Part shown: piece after piece, positions 1-10,972 of the stretch
How the letters are laid out: every line of letters starts with the position of its first letter
Numbering within the stretch: position 1 is the stretch's first letter
Assembly (NCBI GenBank): GCA_029953675.1
Contig: JAMWBK010000008.1
Location: 1,364,001-1,428,000 of the forward strand
Length of the DNA stretch: 64,000 nucleotides
From: Rhodosorus marinus CCMP1338
Lineage: Eukaryota > Plantae > Rhodophyta
Reading direction: 5' to 3'
Made by a program: the position numbers and the translations under genes
The notes under the pieces: generated by a model
What the model was told of the DNA's origin: nothing
The model's input: only the letters and a program-made list of their open reading frames with translations
The model's database searches: none

Positions 1-2
1 TT

Positions 3-257
3 TCAAGCTTCGTTCAACCTTACAACGGAGGGTATGTACATTGATGAACGCACATCTCCAATCCCATCGGAAAGGTAGATCTCTTCAACGATCGGCGGTT
101 TGTTGATTCCTTTCGTTAAAACCTCCTTATCGCACTTAATGACGTCAAGCTCAACCACAATCGGCTCATTGGCCTCCAACTCCGACCAACTCGAGCTCCA
201 ACAACTGATAATTGTTGCTCTAAATAACGTCTTCACATGCATGCTCACTAACACCAA
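3..257 (-). CDS. Probable exon of a hypothetical protein, likely continuing beyond the window start
   Basis: 84-aa ORF with protein-like composition (ELEANEPIVVELDVIKCDKEVLTKG). A gtaagg donor-like site lies near its end. It is divergent from the gene at 950. No family recognised. Confidence 0.3.
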   Translation of the reverse strand: MVLVSMHVKTLFRATIISCWSSSWSELEANEPIVVELDVIKCDKEVLTKGINKPPIVEEIYLSDGIGDVRSSMYIPSVVRLNEA

Positions 258-399
258 ACACCTAGTTCAGGACAGCTTGTCACAACATAAATCCTGTCAG
301 AATCCAATTATGGAATGCTCCAGATCCAGGACGCCAAACCCAAACCCCCACCATCGATTTCAATCAAAATTCTCATCTATTCAATCAACATTCGAATGA

Positions 400-949
400 C
401 AAAAAGGCAGCTCATTCTGATATGGCGACGATTGTTCGTAAACCAATGAAAACCCAGACGTAGTCAAACCGTTGAGATTTTAATCCATCCAGGCGTGAAC
501 AATTTTTATTGAAATGGGAGTAAAACTAGAAGAAATATACAAGTATCTCGATCAATACTAGAATAGTTAGTTATGATTGGTTAAATTAGAAGATATCTCT
601 CTGGTTAGGTTTCTTGCTGAACGCCAAAAAGGAAAGCCGAGCAAGTCCCGCCCGGAGGTCTCTTTTTAATCGATTGGAGAGGTATTTAAGATTTTTTTTT
701 TTTTTACGTGTTTCTAAAGGGGGGAGGTGGGAATGGAGAGATATTTAGTTGGGGTCATATGAAGACATTTCGGCAGTTGAGGGTGCGAGAGAGGAGGGAC
801 GAGGGAGGGTGAGTGTGGGAAAGCCGATTTATGGAGTTGAAAGGATCTGTGGATTGGGCTTGGCTATTGGAGGAGGATTGAGAATATCTGTTAGGGACTT
901 CGGGCGTTGATTTAGGGGGAGTGGCGGAGATTTATTTTTTGTTATTGAG
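400..949. promoter_or_regulatory. Putative bidirectional promoter region
   Basis: AT-rich core with GATTGG (reverse CCAAT) motifs near 575 and 672 and a poly-T run, followed by a G-rich, C-poor stretch (about 720-950) leading into the + strand ATG. Confidence 0.4.
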
Positions 950-2648
950 ATGGAGTTGGGATTTGTGGTTTCTGTTGGTGTAGTTGGGAAGGGAAGGCGG
1001 GATGTGTGTGCGAAGGTGGTGAGTGCGTCGGGTGTGACGGATGTTAGAGTGGGTCATGCTGCCTCTCATGCCCTGGATATGGGGAGGGTTGGGACTTTGG
1101 GGACCACGGCGGGAGGAAAAGACTGTGAGACGGGGGCGGTCCACGTGGTAGTCGGGGATAACAAGGATCAAGGGAAGATGCTGAGTTTCGTAGCCCAGAA
1201 GCCGAAAAAGGGGGCGGTACTGCCTATACAATCCGACTTGAGCGTGAACGTTCACTCTGGTCTTAGCGAATCAGAGGCTGGGACCTTGTCGATTCTCGCG
1301 CTGAACTTGGTTGGCGCTCTGGAAGCTCAAGGAGTCGATCAGAGAAAGGATTTCAAAGGGAAAAAGGTAAGTCTGTTATTTAAAAGTGGAACTCTGCCGT
1401 ACTCCCAAATCAAAGTCCTGTAAACTACCAAAACGACCGAACTCATCTAACCTCTTGTGGACTCGTGTGCCCCCAGGCCGTCGTCTTGGGAGGGATAGAT
1501 GGAGGTTGTGCTTCAGTATCTACTCAATTATTATCAGCGTGGGGTGCTGACGTGGTTGCAGTCACAACTTCAAACGCCTACAAGAACACTGCGATCGGTG
1601 CCAAGAAGGTTATAGACCCTCGCAAAGTATCTTTTGCAGACGAGCTAGAGAGTTTCGACTTTGTCCTTGATACCCTAGGTGCGTTGGATGTCACCATCAT
1701 TGCAGCTGACATCATGCTAACCAGGTCAATGTTTTTCCGTGTTTTTCTACCATCGGTAGGCAATGAAGGACAAACAGGCGTCGTCCATACCCTTCGCAAG
1801 TCGTTCGGCGCAAAGTATGTCCCCACCGCTTCTCCGCTTCTATTGAGGGCATGCGGGGATGGCCTGCTTAGAGGCGGAGCAGCAATCGCCTCCCTGGTTA
1901 GGGGCAACCTCCCAAAGGACATTGCAGATCCGTTTCTGCCGTCAGACCGAGGAATCGACGTTGTGACCAATGCACTTCTGATGGCAGCGGAGGGATTGAT
2001 TGATCACGTGCCGGCACAGGTTGTGACTTCCGCTGAGCTGTTTGAAGCGTTTTCTTGGCCAAGGGACGCCGATACGGGCCTACGTTATGGGCTCCCTGCT
2101 CCGAGCCTGTTTGAAGTGGAGCCAGTGGAATCTGAGGATGAGGTACGTGGTCTCAGAGAACGTCTGCTTCCGTTCTGAGAGAGCTTCAAACCGTATTCAG
2201 TTTCTAACATTTTGCCCATATTTTTATCGCTGTCCTGCTGTATTTGTGCCCATTCTATTAGCTTGTTTTCGTACGACAACATGTTGCCGACTTGTTTGAA
2301 AAGGACGACTCAGGACTAGTATTGGAGTCCGCGGACGACCTAAAGTCGATCATTACCTCTACGAAGAATTCTGTTGAGACAGCAGTTCTATTTGTTGGGG
2401 CTTCCTGGTGCAGAAGGTGCAAAGAATTGCTGCCATCATTTAAGGCGCTCGCGTACAAGCTCGGGCCAGATCGGCCGGACGTGCACTTTAGAATTATGGA
2501 TGCGGAGCAACTCAAGTCAGTTGCAAAGACTCTCGAGGTTACCGACGTTCCGGAAATCATCGTTTTCAAGGAGGGGAAGAGAAAATCGACCTGGTTGAAT
2601 ACGAAGACTTCATCCCTAATGGAGCTCTCAGTGCGCCAGGCTCTATGA
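950..2648 (+). CDS. MDR/NAD(P)H quinone oxidoreductase-like protein with C-terminal thioredoxin domain (WCRRC), probably plastid-targeted; multi-exon
   Basis: Phase-0 GT-AG introns at 1367-1476 and 2143-2261, plus a probable in-frame intron at 1679-1759, join ORFs 950, 1465 and 2292. Rossmann-like segment KAVVLGGIDGG...GADVVAV...GAKKVID...FDFVLDTLG. Trx fold VLFVGASWCRRCKELLPSF...VTDVPEIIVFKEGK. N-terminus MELGFVVS resembles red-algal transit peptides. Confidence 0.7.
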
Positions 2649-2848
2649 GCGTTGGGTGACCGGCGGACGCGACGGGGACAGCGGATCTTTATGTTAAGTT
2701 TTGGGTGTAAGAGAATTATATAGAATGAACGATAAATAAAGGACAATGGGGACAAGTTTAATTGGAATAGGGTATGCCAACAATGCGAATAGTAGAGACG
2801 TGGGGACGGGATAATCCCGTACTGCGCAATTTCCACTTCGTGTGCACG

Positions 2849-5415
2849 TTAGTTTCTGATGATTCGTCTTCGTCGAAGCAGCTTTCGGATTTTGAGACCC
2901 TCCAGCACAACCTTCGATTGAAACCGACCAGAAACGTCGGTTGGGTCAGCTTCTGCACCGGGTTTGCACACTGCGGAACATATGCACTTGAAGAACGCGG
3001 CCGCATCTTTGATATGCTGACCCTCTTTCTCTCTGCGTAGAAGGAACATGACAACAGTCAGTTGACTCGGTTCATCCAATGAGGAAATGCGGTGACAGGA
3101 AAAATACACAGCATTGAGAACCCGGTGCCATACCTCGCGTCAAGCTGCGTGGCGATTTCCAGGAGTAGCATCTTCGCGAATATGCATTGATCTGGATTCT
3201 CCTGAAATCCAACTGCTGCAAGCCTCCACATTGACGCGATCTCAGTCTCAGAGTGCTTCTCAGCAACCTGCGCATTTGTTCTACAAGCAGCGGCTGCTTC
3301 CTTCCAAGTTAGCTCCTCGCTAGTATCACGTAGGATCTCGTACGCGCTGCCCATACTGTTCTGGAATACGTGCTTCAAGTTTTCGCGAAGGGGTACAATT
3401 TCAACCGTTCTCTTGGTCCTAGAGCTGTCCATATACGCGGAAAGTAGCTTCTTCGATGCCTCTCGAGCGTCCTCTCCTTCCTCGACTGATACATGGAGGT
3501 GCTCGTCTCCAGTCAGAAAGTAGGTCAATCTCGGCGAGTTTGAGATCGTCGGATTCGTTGATGACAGCGTCTGCGATATTTCCCTGAAGAACGGAAAGAA
3601 TAGTGAGATTAAGTCCAGGATTCGCACTTTTAACGCGATGACAAGGCACGGCAGCTGTAGCCACAATTGTATAAAAGTCATCCACGGTGGCTTACCCTTC
3701 TCGCACTGAGAATATAGCCCTGGCGCCCTGGCTCGAAAAGGAAACGGCGCATCTCGGGGGACCGCGGTCCCTCTCAAGAAAGTAACCTTCTCCTTCACTG
3801 GCTGGCTTTGGAGCCGTCCCACCAGCTATCGAGTTAACCTGCATTTTCACCAAAGATGAGTCGGACGTGCTTTCGTGCATCCCGAAACTGGTCTCAGAGG
3901 TCTTTTCCCGCTCTCGAATCACTGTTGGAAACTCCAAGATGGAATACGCGAAGTTGTTCTGCAAGGAACCCTTGAATATGCCATCTCTGAACGGAAAAAT
4001 TGGAGAGTCTTGGTCGCCTCTGCACTTGCGAATCTCTTTGTGCGGGATCTCTACTGCCGAAACCGATGAGTTATCCTGCAACACCGCCAGGGCGGAGCTA
4101 TCATATTTCCGACGCTGTACAAAGTCAAAGGCTTTCACCTTGCTCGAATGGATGGGCAGCTCATAAACTCGCGATAGGTTGCTCGCATCCAACACGCTAA
4201 AATTGGGAAGAATAAATAAGATAACGGCGAAAGGCTTAAGACTCAAAAGCATTAACCACTCCCCAGCTTGCTTCAGCGAGGCTACAAGACAAAATCCGCT
4301 GAAAAACTCTCCAAACTTACCGAAACGTCGTCCCCGGTTCTCCAAAGGCGAGCACTGCATTTCCGTCCTTGGAATACGAGGCAAGCGTGGAGCGATGTAC
4401 GTATTGACTGGCAACCGGTGTCCTTGGTGACCTAGAGCTCCACACGTGCATAACTCCCGCAGCGTTCGTGCTAATCAGTTTCTCCGAATTCTTCGGGGAC
4501 CAGTCAATGTCTGCGGTGTTGAAGCTTCCCGGAGCACTGAAAATCGTGCACGGTCGTTCGGTGAGGCGCATGTCCCATATCCAAACATCGCGAGCATGAA
4601 TCGTCGCCAGGTAAGGTTCACTCGGACTCCAACGAGCCTTTCGAAACTTCCTCCCGTGATGATCTCTCAAAACCCTCTGGGAACAAAACCGCAATATGAG
4701 TTTTAGTCCAGGCAGACGAGCTCTTCATCAGCAGATCGCGAGCCAAAGGTCTGGGTGACTTGAACAACAAACCTTCGCGGATGGGTGGTCAGCGACGTAG
4801 GGCAGTTCTCTGAGGTCCCATATTTTGACGCTTGATTCACTGGCGCACGTCGCAAGGACAAACGAGCCCTCATCATGGCCATTGAACGAGACATCGGATG
4901 TGCCTACGAGAAAAAAAAGAAAAGATCAATTTTTTTTTTTTTGCTAGGTCGTATACCGAACTGAAGAAGATATCGCATTATGCAGTATTGGTCGTACCTT
5001 CATGGTTGATCGTGGACAACAACCGCTCCTCCTGCACGTTCCAGATGGATGTACGGTAATTGCTTCCGGAGGCCAATAACTCGTTTCGCCACGAAATGGA
5101 TTTCACGGAGGAATCCTTTGGCTCGATCTCATCCTTTAGGATCGACAGAGGCTTACCAACACCCAAATCAGCGCTATCAAATATCTGAATAACCGAACCT
5201 GGACATCCGAAAGCCACCTGCAGTTCATCCCCTGAGCTACACAGTTGAGAAGGATAGAAAGCCTCCTCCGAGTCAGGTTTCTTCACCAAATACGGAGCCT
5301 CGATCTCTCCACCAGACCCCTTGGTCAACAAAAGTTCTGCGCTCCGAGATAACCGCCAACGAGAACTCTTCAGATTCGACTGCGCTCGAGCAGCCAAGAG
5401 ATTCTCCACCGACAT
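2849..5415 (-). CDS. WD40-repeat protein, WDR59/SEA3 (GATOR2 subunit)-like; multi-exon, 3' end uncertain
   Basis: WD40 blades: FVLATCASESSVKIWDLR, ARWSPSEPYLATIHARDVWIWDMR, DIDWSPKNSEKLIS, HSSKVKAFDF. The C-terminal helical segment CRTNAQVAEKH...MWRLAA...FAKMLL...SMLCIF follows the WDR59 pattern as recalled; not database-checked. Confidence 0.6.
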
Positions 5416-5918
5416 TATTCTACTTTCTAACTCATACTAGCATCCAAACCAACTCTGTGCTTCCTAAGCACATTTTCCCGCCGATCCCGCAACCAAAGCC
5501 TTTCACACCATCCGTAGCTCGATCTCAATCCGTCAATAACTGCAATCTCGCTGATCATTCAGTTAATCAGGTAAGACTAACACATGAAGAATCCATAGGG
5601 TACCCCATAACAACCCTCCCCTCCTGATCCAACCTCAAACAGGCAGGAAACCCATCGAAAGGAAACATCCGACAAACCCACCCTCTCCCCGCTAAACAGA
5701 ATCTGCTTTGTTATCCTTTACAATATTAACAGCTGTCCTTTAATATTGAATACCGAAGAAATATCCACATTTTTCTTTCCACTACATCTTCGGACTATAA
5801 TACTAGCCCAAAAGCAGTTCACCCAATGTTTGAAACACCTGGGACATACGGTGGGACAATACGCGGATTGGACTTGGGTCTGGGTGTGGGACTGGAGGTG
5901 CAACTGGAGGTGGGACTC

Positions 5919-5950
5919 GGAATGGGACGGGAATGGGACGGGAATGGGAC
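5919..5950 (+). repeat. Short tandem repeat (GGGAATGGGAC)n, G-quadruplex-competent
   Basis: ggaatgggacgggaatgggacgggaatgggac contains five GGG tracts separated by 2-3 nt, about 230 nt upstream of the EF-P ATG. Confidence 0.8.
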
Positions 5951-6181
5951 TATGGAGAAAACTTTTTGTGGGGCTTGTTCGTATTAAGGTGTGGCTTGAG
6001 AGCGCATAGGTAACGCTCTGTTAGGGTTGTTGAATCGATTGCCTTACTGTGAAGATTAATGTGGATCAGCGCTGGATAGGATTTTGGGTTCTGTAGTCTC
6101 TGTGATGGAAGTGATTTGTGAGCTAAGAAAACTGACAGTTGGATTGGTTGTAGCAGGGGGTACGGCTTGGCTGAAGTAGAG

Positions 6182-7065
6182 ATGTCAGGATTGGGATCCA
6201 TTTTTCGACAGACGAAATCTGTTTTTAGGAGATGCTACAGTCTGAACGTTCATAATCTGAAGCGGAGATCGGTAATCAAACATCGAGGAAAACTATGCAA
6301 TGTTGAGGAAACTCCAGTTCTTCGGGCGAGGGGCAGAGGTGGTGGCTTGGTAACCCTCTCGCTCCGCGATCTGGTGAACGGCTCGAGATTTCAAGCGACT
6401 TTTAATGGAACTGAGAATGTTGAAGGTTTGTTTCCGAAAAGATTCTTTTGGTGCGATTCTGTTCTGAATCTCGTCTGAGAACCAGCAACTGCTCTTATTC
6501 AAGTTTCCGAGATTACCTGGAGTCACAAGCTCTTTCTCTACTCAGACAGTGATAACGTGGTGCTCATGGATCCCGAAACCTATGACCAGGTAATTCTTGG
6601 TTCCCATCATACCCGCTCCTGTTTGAGCATTATAAATCCCAATGGAGTGCATGAAACTTCCTGTTACATTAGGAGGAAGTTCCAGCTTCGAGAGTGCCCC
6701 ACGTAGAGTTTCTTGCTGCCGATATGAAGATCGACGTTGCTCATTGTGATGGTGAACTAGTCGAGGTACAGATCCCAAGCTATGTGGAGGTCGAAGTGGG
6801 GTAAGTCAGTATCGGGCACAGCCCTTCCGATACGCAGACTCTGGCTGATATATTCTGCTTGTCTTCTTATCCTACTCTCCTCGTCATCCACGAATAATAA
6901 AGGGATGCTCCTGAGATCGACAGGCAATCTACAGCATCTCTGAGCGGCAAACGTGCGATATTGAAGAACGGCGCCCCGCTTAACGTTCCCGCTTTTGTGA
7001 GGAACGGTGACAAAGTCCTGGTCAAGCTACTAGGTGCAAAGCCGGAGTATGTTAGCAGAGCTTGA
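6182..7065 (+). CDS. efp: Translation elongation factor P, mitochondrial-type; 4 exons
   Basis: Spliced product has a KOW domain (HRGKLCNVEE...ARGRGGG...LRDL.NG), a central OB segment (FLYSDSDNVVLMDPETYDQ) and a C-terminal OB segment (KRAILKNGAPLNVPAFVRNGDKVLV...EYVSRA stop). Arg/Ser-rich presequence MSGLGSIFRQTKSVFRRCYS. First intron 6426-6485. Confidence 0.9.
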
Positions 7066-7349
7066 TAACGGCCAATACCTCACGGACACCACCCACCCTG
7101 CTTGCAAAATCGTGTTTCAGCTCTGCGAGCTTCTGCAAATAGGTAAGGACTGCGAACCACAGCTTCTCCGCGAGGGAGCCATCGCTGGTAGGGCATTCCC
7201 AAACGATGTAGGACCCAAGCTGGGCAATCCTTCATAGGAAAGCAGTTCGTGTATCAACGGGAGAATGACCGAGTAGGTGCATCAGCACTGGGAAGATGCA
7301 CATTTGCTCACGGTTAGCTGACAGGCGCAGTGCATTCAAATCTTGAAGA

Positions 7350-8172
7350 CTACGCCCGGAACATTGAGAGACAAAATCCACCCAAGGCATTCTGGATTGC
7401 CTTAGTTTGTTCATTCCTTTGTAAATTAGTCCTTCGCCAGCAGTCTACTGTTAAGGTTGCGTCGCAACCACCTCCATGCCCCTCACCAGCACAAAGCACG
7501 AACACGCAGGCAAGACGCAGGTCCTGAGGGTTTTGAATGGTTGGGCTGTACAACTCGAAAACGTTGACCCGTACGGTTTTGCCAATGCCATTCAAGAAGA
7601 TGAACACCTAAAAGCGAATCCACCTCTGAACTTCCCATCTAACGGGTAGCAGAGGAGGGCATCGCACCTTGGTTCGAAGGACAGCTCTCATAACTTCCTC
7701 GCCATTTGGGCATGGGACGATACGAAGAGTCTTAAGACGATAACGAGGAGACTAGGACAAGTGTTGGGCAAGTTACGGAGGCAGCAACTCAGCAGATATG
7801 GCGACAACGGATCTTGTCAGCCGAGCACTTGAGAACGACAGACTGTTGAGCACGAACGGATCTGTTGACTAAGCGGACAGAAGTGAGTGCCAATTATTTT
7901 GGTAGGCCTTGGATGTCTCAGTAATGATGTACTTTGGCTTGATGTAGGCAACAACTCTTGCTCGTGAGAACGATAGCCTTGAGCCCCGATTGACATGATC
8001 TGAAACTTGCTTGTGTCAGTGTTCTCATGTCAGTATTTCTTGAGGACTGCGGGAATATGAGGTACATCAGGTATTCCTTTAGAGATCACTTCCGTGGAAA
8101 AGAATGATGCTGGCGTCCTTGGCACGGCTGCAACGAATTCGTCGCACCGTCAGGGGTATGGCGACTTTCATG
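7350..8172 (-). CDS. Hypothetical multi-exon protein; boundaries uncertain
   Basis: Exon-like segments bounded by AG/GT join in frame (RYRLKTLRIVPCPNGEEVMRAVLRTK|VFIFLNGIGKTVRVNVFELYSPTIQNPQDLRL). Head-to-head with the maturase gene. No family recognised. Confidence 0.3.
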
Positions 8173-8299
8173 CTGCTCCTTCGAGCTTCCACTTTCGGGC
8201 TTTGCTAAAGAAGAGGTTGTTTTTTTTTCGGTTTAGAAATTTTTGACCGCTCTATGTGCAGGCTCTCCAGCGATAGATTCGTCTCTGAGCCAGCCAGTT

Positions 8300-10972
8300 A
8301 TGATACGCAGGAGTATGCTCGCAATTTCTACTTCTGCTGCTGCGCTTGATCATTTCGGTTCTCGTCTTGTGTGCGTAGCTGAAAGTATCCGCTTCCTTTT
8401 TCCAGTAATCCGAAGTTTGACGATGACGCGGATCGCGCGTTGGGAGAAGCATGGGAGCTGAAGAGGTCACCTACGGGAAAATATCGAAATGTGCTCAAGT
8501 GGATTGGTCAACAACAAGTGCTTGACGCAGCAGTGCAAAGACTCAAGTCAAGGCAGCTTCTTCGACGAACATCTGGAACGGGTACTGCTATTGACAGGGA
8601 TTGGATGCGTAATGCTCCCCGAGAGATTCGCTCTGGACTGTACAAGTTCACGCCACCCGTAGTAAGTACCGTTCCAACTCCGATGGCAGAAGCAAGGGGT
8701 GGTGCGGCGGAAGAGGAAGTTGTTGGCGTCCACTTTGGGGACCTCGCCGTGCAGGAGGCAGTGTACCTTGCTCTTGAGAGAATCTATGAGGAATACTTTG
8801 TGGACGAGGTGAATTCGCGCCAATGTTTCAGCTGCTCTCCTTGAATCCTGCTGGGATGCTTATTGGAGTCTTCTCGCTTTGCATGTTGCAGCTTCATAGC
8901 TTTCGAGATGGACGAGGAGCACACTCCGCGATTCGACAGCTCAAATATCTTTGGAAGGGCTGCAAGTACTTTGTACACATAGAAATCGACAGTCTATATT
9001 CAAGTATGGACATGGACGTGTTAGGACGTCTCCTCCACGAGTTCATCGAAGACAAGAAATTTGTAGAGCACGTATGTACGGCTTTTGCCTTGTCACTTCC
9101 TGGAAGAAACCCAAAGAGAAATGTGCTGGCGCCAATCCTTTCCAATATTTATCTGCGAGAATTGGATATGGTGGTTAAGGTGAGCCATCGATCGAGACAT
9201 GTGAACGGGCGTGAGACGAGTTCTACCCGCGCATGTCGCCGCTAGTTGTCCTCCTTCTTATCACCGATCGTTCGGGTCACAACTTCCACAGGAGATGCAG
9301 GATGAGCACAATTGTGATAAGCTACGTCGTCGTCACCTCCTGAACGGTCTGCAAGATGCTCATGATCCCAACTATGTTAAGATCAACTATATCCGGTACG
9401 CTGATGATTTCCTGGTGGGTTTCTCGGGTCCGGATGAGATTCTTGAAGATCTTTTGCTGCGCATACGACGGTGCCTATCGAGAAGACTCAACCTTCGGTA
9501 CTCGGAGCCGAAGGTGGAACTTGCACATACAAAAGTGGTCAGTTTTCTCGGGTTTCTCATCGGCTTTGACCACCCGCGCACCATGGTAGGCGGTGATTCT
9601 TCAGCTTTTGTTTGAGCGCTGTTCGAACGGCAAACCATTGGGGGCCAGCAAGGCACGCTTCCTTGTACTCAAACTCAAATAGTTGCTTTCGTTTGCTTGA
9701 CGTCGACAGACGCAAGATGCTCATAGTGAAGACAAACGCATCCGGAAAGCTCGTGAGCAGGTTAGGGATAGATGGGAGAGCCTCCAGATGGCAATAGTCA
9801 GAAATGGCACGGATTGGCTGACAACCGGATTGAAGAAGGAACGCTTGAAATGGGCGTCCTATGCGGCAGCCAAGGTTGGATTCTTGAGGGCGCTTAAGAC
9901 CGAACTGAGGGACCTTCCACACGAGTTCATTCAGAAGTACGTTGACCATCATGAATTCTTGGAAACGATGCGCTCAGTTCATCTCGCATCGAACTCAAAA
10001 CCGATGCGATGCTTTTTGCCGTCTGTTTTGTCGAATTGAGCAGGTTCAGACATGGTCCCGAATATAGAAAACAGATAACCGACCGTATATTGGAGGAAAT
10101 TGCTTTGAATCGTATGCCGAGAGAGGTTTCAGAGTCGATTCGAAATCTCAAGGATGTCCTCATACGCAATACTACTCCCAAGCGTGAACATCCGAAGCTG
10201 AAGAGACTTCCGGAACCTGAACGTCCGGCAGAACCAGAGGGACAGTATTACACGCCTAGCATTCGGGTGAGGGACTTGTATTCGCCTTCTCTCTGTAGAA
10301 GCATATTCTCGTGTCTAAATCAAGTCTAACAAGTTCCCGGTGTTCCGTGAAAATCAGATCATGGCTCCTTTGGAGGCGATTGTCGAGAAACTGCGTTCGG
10401 AGTCAATCACTTACCATTTTTCTGACCAACCTTCTGCGTCGGATGTGGTCGATTACTTGGACGATGAAAGCATGATTCGATGGTATCGTGCTGTGGGCCG
10501 CCAACTTTTGGAATACTACGCTGTAGCGGATAATCTTGAGAAGGTACGAACACATGAGATCCAAGACCCAAACCCGACATGCTCTATAGCACCTTGAAGG
10601 TGTTTTCTCTTTTCCAGAGCCAGAGAAAAGGGCTTAAATTGGCGCTCCCTTCGTTTTCCGAAGGTGCAAAAGATCGTCCACTATACGCTGCGAAGGAGTG
10701 CGCAGAAAACGCTTGCAATCAAACATCGGACTACTCCGATGGCGGTCTCCTCGCGGCTAGGTGCTGACTTGACATTGCGCGACAGAGATGGAAGTGTCAT
10801 TACCAGTTTCCTATCGTACAACGAGGTGATGGGCGTGGATACAAGATTCAATCCTCTAATGGTTCACCCAGACCAGGCATTCTTTGCTCTCACGAATCGG
10901 TCAAGTTTCCTTATGAAGGTTGACGCCGAGATCCTGGCAAACCAGACGGAAGAAGAGCAACGAGGTTCTTAG
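8300..10972 (+). CDS. Nuclear-encoded group II intron maturase (reverse transcriptase domain + domain X), 8 predicted exons, about 674 aa
   Basis: Exons 8300-8370, 8406-8808, 8892-9179, 9292-9585, 9710-9936, 10044-10266, 10334-10543 and 10664-10972 total 2025 nt and all junctions are GT-AG and phase-compatible. Motifs: GDLAVQEAVYLALERIYEEYF, LHSFRDGRGAHSAI, IEID, LAPILSNIYLRELD, YIRYADDFLVG, FLGFLI, and domain X APLEAIVEKL...MIRWYRAVGRQLLEYYAVADNL...VHYTLRRSAQKTLAIKH. Confidence 0.9.

Noticed and set aside
4909-4942. Adjacent poly-A and poly-T runs able to fold back
   Set aside because: Low-complexity sequence inside a WDR59-like intron.
8140-8185. Group II intron domain V-like word (tgaaagtcgc) near the maturase
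   Set aside because: It is on the opposite strand, upstream of the ORF, and lacks the AGC/CGC triad helix pairing.
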